The notes beneath the pieces are model-generated. The model saw only the letters and a program-made list of their open reading frames with translations, was not told where the DNA came from and did no database searches. The position numbers and the translations under genes are program-made. From Eledone cirrhosa (Eukaryota): a DNA stretch of 64,000 nucleotides. Location: assembly GCA_964016885.1 (NCBI GenBank), contig OZ024743.1:347510001-347574000 (forward strand). The letters run 5' to 3'. Positions 55,743 through 64,000 of this stretch are shown here, piece after piece; positions within the stretch are counted from its first letter, which is position 1, and each line of letters starts with the position of its first letter.

Positions 55743-58071
55743 CGTGTATGCATGTATGTGTATACGTACATCTCATTATGATAATGTATGAAAAAGTGAG
55801 GCAATGCTTCGCATTTGACTTGAAGATACAATTCATTTTTTTTGTTTCCAGTTGAGAGAATTTGAGGAACGAAAAATAAAATATCTTACTCAAAGACACA
55901 ATAATCCACCTGAAAAATGTACAATAACTATGTAGGGCTTTATGGATGATGAAAAAGGAATATCTATGTTTAATTTATATTCTAATATTTATATATGTCT
56001 TCTGAAGATATCATTTCGCTGACACTGTTAGTTGTCACATTTTGCATACGTTTTATACAATGTAATATTAAAGGCTTTATCATGAATGTAATTTAAAGGA
56101 TATAGACTATTGCGTACATATCCATTTCTTCTAAATAGATATTTCATGTTTTGGGAATTGATAACAAATTGATAACAAATTGATAACAAATAATACATAT
56201 AAAATGAGATGATTTCATTTTTTTTCTTCATCAGATAAAACAGTAACACTGTCCATCCATTATTTATCCATCAGATAACCTCGTAGTTAAAGAAAGGAAT
56301 TTTTGACGATTAAGGGTATTTTGAATGGCGTTCTCTCTCTGAAAAGAAACATTTGTTTGTAGCTGCCCTAATGCTGGAGATATATGACAAAAGTTTGGTT
56401 GAACCAAAGACCATATTATTCCGATGGGTACCCAATACAAAATTGAGTTCCAATATCACTTCTTATGTAAATATAAAATGCCATATTGATTATTTATTCC
56501 GTTGACTATTCGGTTACACCTATGTGTTGACTAACCTATTAGGCCGAGGGCAGATGTAGATGAGTAGATAAAACATGTTGTTACAATTTTCTGAACGCTA
56601 CGATTAAATTTGTTGTATCAAATTGGGTTTCTTGGATATTTACATATGTTACCTAGTGGTAGGTTAATCGTGAAGTTGTCTACTCAAACTAAACGGCTAT
56701 AGACGATTCATCTATTCACAAAAAAGTGTATCACAGATAAATAAAGAAAGGTCAGTAAAACATCGTTTTTGTGAAGTGAAAGTATGATAGTAATTCATAC
56801 AGACGAAACTATATTGGGGGTACTAAGAAAAACTGAGTATAGCAGATATGATGTTATGGTCAGCAGATAGGCTGATGTATCTAACAGTAAACATTGGAGT
56901 TGGCTACTGACGTAGCACTATCGCCCAAGTTCATTCATTACCTGCACAGCAGACATATGTTCTATACTTCCTGGCTGTGCACGTACCATTCCACTCAACC
57001 CGTCTTTCTCACAGTAACAATTCTCATGAATTCTTTTTTTTTGTCTGTTTTTCTTCACAGCTCTTCAGGAGGAATATGAACCAGGTTGATCTTACCACAG
57101 CTCGTTCTTCTCCACCATATTTTAAGAATAAAAAGTGGGAAAACAACAACAATAAAGTAACGTAATATACTGAAGAAAGAAAAAAGATAAAACCACTGAC
57201 ACACACAATGAACATTGCAGCACAACAGGTGCATACTCGTCCCGCGGTTTAACACCACCATCTGGTCCTTTGGTATCTTTACTAGAGTTTTTTTCTGTTG
57301 AAACATTCATGCTGCGCCTTCTGATTAAGAATAACTTTCTCCCGCCTACTCCCTTCCAAAGAATCGCAGGCCCCGAAAAGGGTCATAGGTACTGTTTTTA
57401 TTTCAATGTTTAAAAAGTAACAAAATCGTTTTCCAGAAATTCAACAACTCGAGAGAATAGAAGGACTGAGAGGCTATATATTTTGCCTGATAACCACCGC
57501 TCCACACCAAACCACACCACTCCCAAGCCACACCACCACAACTACTAACAACTCTAACACAACCACCAATATCACCAGCAAAACAACCCACACCAAACAA
57601 GATGTATTGTATGAAAATACTACATATATAATGCGTTCATCACTCCATGTAAAGCTATACAGTTTCTTATTTCCATAATAATATTCAACAAATGAGACAG
57701 AGTGTCACCATAGAATTATGACTATATGTCAGATTTTAGTCTCCACCCTCTTTCTACAAACAAATCCACCATTCTCTCTCGGTTTCTCTCCCTCTCCTCT
57801 CTCTATGTAAAACCCTCTCCCTCTCTCTCCCCCTCTCTCTCTCCATCTCTCTCTCTCTCATAGTGATATTACAGTATATGTTTATAACCAAGTTGCAACA
57901 AGATATGATATTTTACTGATAAGCACTAACCCATTATAAACCGACATAATTTTAAGAGATAAGGGATGACAAAAAATAAGATAAAACAATAAATAAATAA
58001 AATAAAATAAGGTGGGGTTTCTATTATTAAGGTAGTAGGAAAGGAGTTGTTTACTGTACATGTTGTTATAA

Positions 58072-58956
58072 TAATAATAGTTTCTGATTTAGGCTCAAGG
58101 CCAACAATTTTGGGGGAAAGGGAAAGTCGATTAAATCGACCCAAATGCATTACTGGTACTACATTTTATCGACCCTATGAGGATGAACGGCATGATAACA
58201 TCGGCGAGAGGTGACTCAGAATATAAAGGGGCGTAACTAAATACCACAAAGCACGTTGTACGACACTCAATGATAACGAAGTGTGGTTTAAGCACAAGGC
58301 CCACAATTTGGGGGACGAGAAATACGATTAAGTCGACCCCAGTGCGTAACTGGTACTTTATTTTATCGACTCTGTAAGGAGGAAAGGCAATGTTAACATC
58401 GCTAGGATTTGAGAGCAAAACGTAAAGGGTCGTAACTTTATGTCACAAAGCATGTGGTACGACTCTCAACTATAATGAAAGTATGTATATCGAGAGGTGA
58501 CTGAAATTTGGAAATGGAATTATGTTTCGACTACAGAAAATAGTCCAATATTAGACCATATAATACCCGTGAATGGATAAAGCGTAGCAGCAGCCTTGGG
58601 TGTCGAACTCACACCTCTTGTGTGCCGACAAGTGAGCTATCATTTCCACCAACATGTGGTGGCATGTTGGTGTCAATAGTAGCACACTTTTCCTTTCAAA
58701 CAAGTTGCTTGCCTTCGACCCCCACGTATTCTGCTACTTTTTTCCCCGCTCAGGTGGTATATATGCAGTGTTAGACTATTTTATGTAGGAAAAAATATGG
58801 TGAAAAATAATAATTATTATTATGGTTTCTACTATAGACACAAGGTCAGCAATTTGGGGAGATGGAAAGTCGATTAAATCGACCTCATTGCATTAATGGT
58901 GCTTTATTGTACCTACCACGTAAGGATGAAAGGTAAATCTAACCTCGGCGAGATTA
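58072..58956 (-). mobile_element. Three older tRNA-derived SINE copies (58072-58270, 58285-58472, 58818-58956)
   Basis: caagg.c..caattt..ggg..gtcgattaa.tcgacc..ctggtact..ttttatcgac..ggatgaaaggca. Confidence 0.7.
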
Positions 58957-58959
58957 AAG

Positions 58960-59444
58960 GCAGATGTGGATCGTTTTCATCTCCCAGACCTCACGGAGGC
59001 AGAGGCTTGACACAGTTTGACTGTCTTAGAAAACCAGCATAATTGGACTGGCAAAATATCTTGAAGCAAGAAACGATTGGATGCTGAAAATGAGAGGAGT
59101 ATTAAGATTCATTCAATGATGAAACATAGCAAAAATGTTTTTGCTGATCTCATGTTTAATATCTAGGCTGGACAGACCGAGGTAACTGTGGCAACTGTTG
59201 TAGCAAAGCAAGTAAAATAGACGGTTAATAAAAATGGGCATGAACAATGAACATCGAGGAGGTAGCAGTAAAACTCTGTGGTGGCTCGTAGCAAACAAGC
59301 TGATGTTGACCTGAGGTATGCCCACCAGAGGCTAGGTAGCTCAGGGCTAAAAGCAGAGAAGACGCTCTGGAAGACATGGAAACAAACATGATGGAAGAGG
59401 AAAGTCTCAAATAATAATAAAAGTAACGACGGTGATGATGATGG

Positions 59445-59497
<53 letters not shown>
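58960..59497 (+). mobile_element. Decayed RTE-like 3' end with (GAT)n tail
   Basis: Faint resemblance to W.GH..R..GRP..RW motifs in broken frames, followed by a GAT tract. Confidence 0.35.
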
Positions 59498-59498
<1 letters not shown>

Positions 59499-59675
59499 CA
59501 TCCCTTAACCAAGTGGGCATTGGATTGGTTACAAAGAGTTAGAAATCGAATGACTGGAGAAAAAATACTAATAATTAATTATTTCATTTGCTTGGAAACA
59601 GGGAGACAGATGAAAGATACTGTACACAGACTAGACATAACAGTGCGTAGGATTAAGTATAGGTTGGCCGTTAAA

Positions 59676-59867
59676 TAATAATTGTTTCTACTTTAGGCAC
59701 AAGGCCAGCAATTACCCAGTACATTACTGGTACTTTATTTTATCGACCCAGTAAAGATGAAAGGCAAAGTCAACCTCGGCGGGATTTGAACTCAGATCGT
59801 AAAGGGACGTAACTATGCTGGAAAGCATGGCGTCCGACGCTCTACCGATACTGCCAATCTACCGCCA
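59676..59867 (-). mobile_element. tRNA-derived SINE (young, full length)
   Basis: Nearly identical to 23036-23225. Confidence 0.88.
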
Positions 59868-60560
59868 ATCTACGGACGTTAAATAATAATAATTAGAATA
59901 GTGTAAAAATAGGTGATGCTTTTCCTACAATAACAAATGCTATTTCGCTCATTGCGAACGTTTGCTATTTCTGGTAGCTATACTGAAAGTAGTTATGTGG
60001 TGGACATGGGTGAAAAAACTAAAGATCGATATCTTCCTATTCGGCGCATATTTCACCCACACGTTCAAGTTTCACCCGGACGAAAAGATGATCGTGAAAA
60101 CGCGAAGTCTCTGCCTGAGTGAATCCACAAAAATAATTCAAACATTTATTTTGGTAAATTTTTCGTTAAGGTGGGTGAAAGTAGCGAACATGTTAAGAGT
60201 AAACGGCATTACTTCCAGCATATGACTGTATAAAGGGAAATGATAGTTGGGAGATGGTTCTTGATCTAGGTGATCGGTGGGATTTGGAATCTGAGGAGGT
60301 TCATCAATTAGATTTAGTTATAGAGTTTTCTGTGAAGGTCGAACTGTATATCTCATTTAATTGTATACAATGTATACCTTATTTGTATACTATGTATAAC
60401 TGTTACTAAATCTCTATGTAAACCCACAACATGTTTAACTTATCTTTGTAATGTTTCCTTTATCCGATACCCTTATGGCGAACAAACAAAATTATTATTA
60501 TTATTGTCGTCACTATCATTATCTGTCGTCGTCGACATCGTCGTCATCATCATCATCATT

Positions 60561-60604
<44 letters not shown>

Positions 60605-60863
60605 TAATATTGTTATTATTATTCTTGCAAATGTAGTGTCTGTTGTTATCATTATTGTTGCAGATATGGTTGCTTTCATTATAGTTCTGTCATAGCCTGC
60701 TTTGTATTCTATTATGTTGTATATGAAAAGAAAAGGAAAAAAAAATATCATTTATCACTATGACACGGTTAGCATGAAATATATATGGATATACATATAT
60801 ATGTACATTATGCATACACACACATACACACGCTCACACGCTTATACACACACATCTACAGAT

Positions 60864-60931
<68 letters not shown>

Positions 60932-61351
60932 AAGTGAGCTAAATACAAAGAGGCACGACCTGAAATGTGAATAACTAGATATTTAGTTACACATACGTCT
61001 ATACCTTTACATACCCCTGTATACATCCCCACATATAAATATATATATATATTTTCCACTATATAAATATGTATAAGTATGAGTGATAGTGTGTACGGGT
61101 GTATGCCGAAAAGTGTTAGCAATAAAGACGACATTTCTGTAGTTAACCAGTGATGGTAGATTAGGGTACATAGACTTCATATATGACTTGCGTTATCAAA
61201 ACGAAATGAGGTGATCACGTGTGCTGGATCTACACTTAAATCATGTCGGCTAGATTGTAAGATAAATCATGATTCACTCCTGCCCAATACTTAACATTCA
61301 ATCCATTTATATATTTAATACATTCGAAACAAACACGCAACACTGAATGTT

Positions 61352-61412
<61 letters not shown>

Positions 61413-63420
61413 GCGTGTTTGCCTGTATGTATTCTTGAGTGCGTGTGTGTATGTATATGTGTGTGTATAAATAGGCGCACACATTGCTCTGTGGATAACA
61501 AGATGGCTTCGATACCACGTAATTCCAGTTTCGATATTACTTAGAAAGTGTTTTCTGCACTTCCATGCGTTTCACTTCACATTGTTAGATGAAATCTGTG
61601 CAGAAGTGTGTTGTATATATTACTCTATATGAGAGGTTCCCAATCACGGCCACGTAATAGCCTCAACTCCCCAACTCCTACTCCCAGAGACCCCTCTATA
61701 GATGTAAATAATATATCTATATAAATAATACTAAAAGTCTCTGATAGCTTGCTTGCCAAAAGGGCACATAATGGGAAAATACTTTGAAAGGAATTTGCCC
61801 CTGAAATGGAATACAAATGGAATAAAACAAGTTTCGCATACATCGAAGCACGGGTTCCCGAGATATGGGGCTTTTCCGGGTACCTTCAAAAACAGAGGGA
61901 GAAAAGATAGAGAGAAAGAGATAGTGGTTGTGAGAGAGTATGTTGGAAGCGAGACATAGAGATGGGAAGAGGAGACAGAGAAGGAGAATGGAAGAGAGAG
62001 AGAGAGAGTGAGAGAGAGAGAGAGAGAGAGATAGTTGGTGGTGTTGTTGTATATATATGTGAGTGTGTGTATATATATATATATATGTGTGTGTGTGTCT
62101 ATGACCAGTGTATATAGCTCACAGACACCCACACACACATATACACACACACATACATATATATGTATACACACACACATTAATATATATACATACACAC
62201 GTATATGTCTCGGCCTTCCAGTTTCATTTCGCATTATATACATGTCTGTGTTTATTTTAATTATTTAAAAATTATTTTTAAGTGAACATGATTTTCAAAA
62301 TATATTTTGAAGTGAACGTTACCCAATGGGTCACGGGTGGTTTAGTAATAAAATCGTTAATTTATGTATAATAAATAATATAATATATACTATATATCAT
62401 TAAATATTATACATTTTTTAATTTTACTATATTTATATATAATGTGTCTTGATATTTAATATACTATTTTATGCCCCAGCGCCCCTGGACCTTATCAGAG
62501 CCCCCCCCCCCCCCCGAGGAGATGGTAGCGCCCTCTCTGAGAAACTCTGCTCTGTATAAACGGCCTAGTGACATGGCATTTTTTTTAATGTTCAATTCTA
62601 ACATTTATATGTACGCTATCAAAATGTAGACGGAAAAATACATGTTTTGTTTTAGAGAAATAGTGTGGAGCATGCCAGAGAGAGGGCGTGAGAAAGAGAG
62701 ACATATTGAGTGAAACAGAGAGGTAGTGGTATATTGTGAGACGTCATGTATCTGTGGGAAAATGAAGATAGGTGGCCAACGCATAAGGCCAGTAAAATTA
62801 GTGAAGTATCGTACAACGAGGTTACCTTGAATGATTTTCGTCAATTTTGATATTTGATGCCGCATAGCTAAATTTGTCGTTGCCGGATGTTGCTAACATA
62901 GACATAATTCAAAGGAGCCCTATCGTATGCAACTTTTCTCAACAAATTGTAAAAATATCTTAATTCTTTACATAGTTATTGACCGTCATGTTTACTCTTA
63001 AACGTATACCCGCCTTGGGGCTACTTTGAATAATAAACATAACTGTACGTTACAGAGTAAAAGTATATACATAAAACATTTCATTGATGTTTTAATTCAA
63101 GTAAGTATAACTTTCCAGAAATCATGACAGAAAAAGAATATTTAATTATACATACGTCTAATGGAGTGATATATGTGATTACACTTCAAAACATTTTTCA
63201 TGAAGTATGAAATCTGAATCGAATATATTTATTTTATTCTTAAAAGGCACACAAATAGTAGTCTTGAAAGTGCAAGCCTCATGGCACCAGATTCTACATT
63301 AATAGTCACTACCCCCTTGTGTCCCAACAAATAGATTAACTTTTTGGTTGTAAATATCAGACAAATTCAGAGTAAAGTGTTAGAAGTGGCCATCGAAATG
63401 GGACTCTACACGTGCTAGAA

Positions 63421-64000
63421 ATCATCATCATCGTTTAACGTCCATATTCCACGCTTGCATGGGTTTGGACGGGAGTTTTCCCACTTGAGGCAAGAGTGGT
63501 TGTCTTGCTCGCATAGGACTGTCTGGCGGGTTTTCTACGGCTGGATGCCCTTCCTAACACCAACCACATTTACAGTGTGGGACTGGGAGGTTTTTACCAT
63601 GTTGCCTACACGGCCACATTACAGCGTGGACTGTGTGTTTTTTTGTCGTGACACCTACACGACCTCATTTGTTTCGGCCTGGATGTTGTGGCACCAACAT
63701 AACTTTACATTGAAAGGGGCGGTGTGGATGGGGTGGGGGTGGTGGGACGGGGGTGTATTTTGTTAGAGATGCCTACTGACTGTAGTAGGTTTTACTTTGT
63801 ATTCAGGTAAGGCGGGTCTTCTCTATTACTGAGTACCGCCAAAGATCTCGGTCCAGTGACATTGTCTTGGAGAGGTGTAAGTGTGTGAGGTCGGAATTTA
63901 TCAGGTCGTCCCAGGTTTTTCTGGGTCTGCCTACTCCGTGGCTACCGTCTATCTTTATTGCCATGCACTTTTTTATACAGCTGTCGTCTTTCATGCGCAT
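63421..64000 (-). mobile_element. RTE LINE 3' end, same family as 32031-33768 (continues past the window edge)
   Basis: MRMKDDSCI..GRPRKTWD..LWRYSVIEKTRLT*, same 3' UTR, short (GAT)n tail. Confidence 0.92.

Noticed and set aside
56200-56240. Minus-strand CTGATGA..GAAA
   Set aside because: No helix II, helix III or helix I complementarity.
57030-57160. Splice-acceptor-like polypyrimidine tract + CAG
   Set aside because: No convincing coding exon or homology follows; it cannot be supported without RNA data.

Overview
Animal genomic DNA, AT-rich and saturated with microsatellites ((TA)n, (GA)n, (TG)n, (GAT)n, (TAG)n, (CTT)n, (TATC)n). The tRNA-derived SINE family and RTE LINEs look like those of octopod cephalopods (inference from recall). 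No host protein-coding exon can be supported, and almost all short ORFs in the track are microsatellite artefacts. The recognisable coding sequence belongs to retroelements: a Penelope-like element (PLE) with an open RT + GIY-YIG ORF (11595-13484, -), a second 5'-truncated PLE (21440-22450, -), a decayed HERO-type RLE LINE (~27.9-30.2 kb, -), two RTE LINE copies (32.0-33.8 kb +; 63.4-64.0 kb -), and a near full-length decayed Tx1/L1-clade LINE (44.5-50.2 kb). There are also two non-autonomous Helitrons, many SINEs and a 71-bp minisatellite. The main result of reading by eye is that the first 32 kb holds about 18 type I hammerhead ribozyme (HHR) motifs from about 10 unrelated sequence families. 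Most have a palindromic helix III and sit in small ORF-less cassettes inside (TA)n arrays. These cassettes are either tandem direct repeats (retrozyme-like, 448- and 587-nt monomers) or long palindromes with a ribozyme in each arm. One family has the rare U3-A8 compensated catalytic core. All ribozyme calls are manual folds, not covariance-model hits or cleavage assays.
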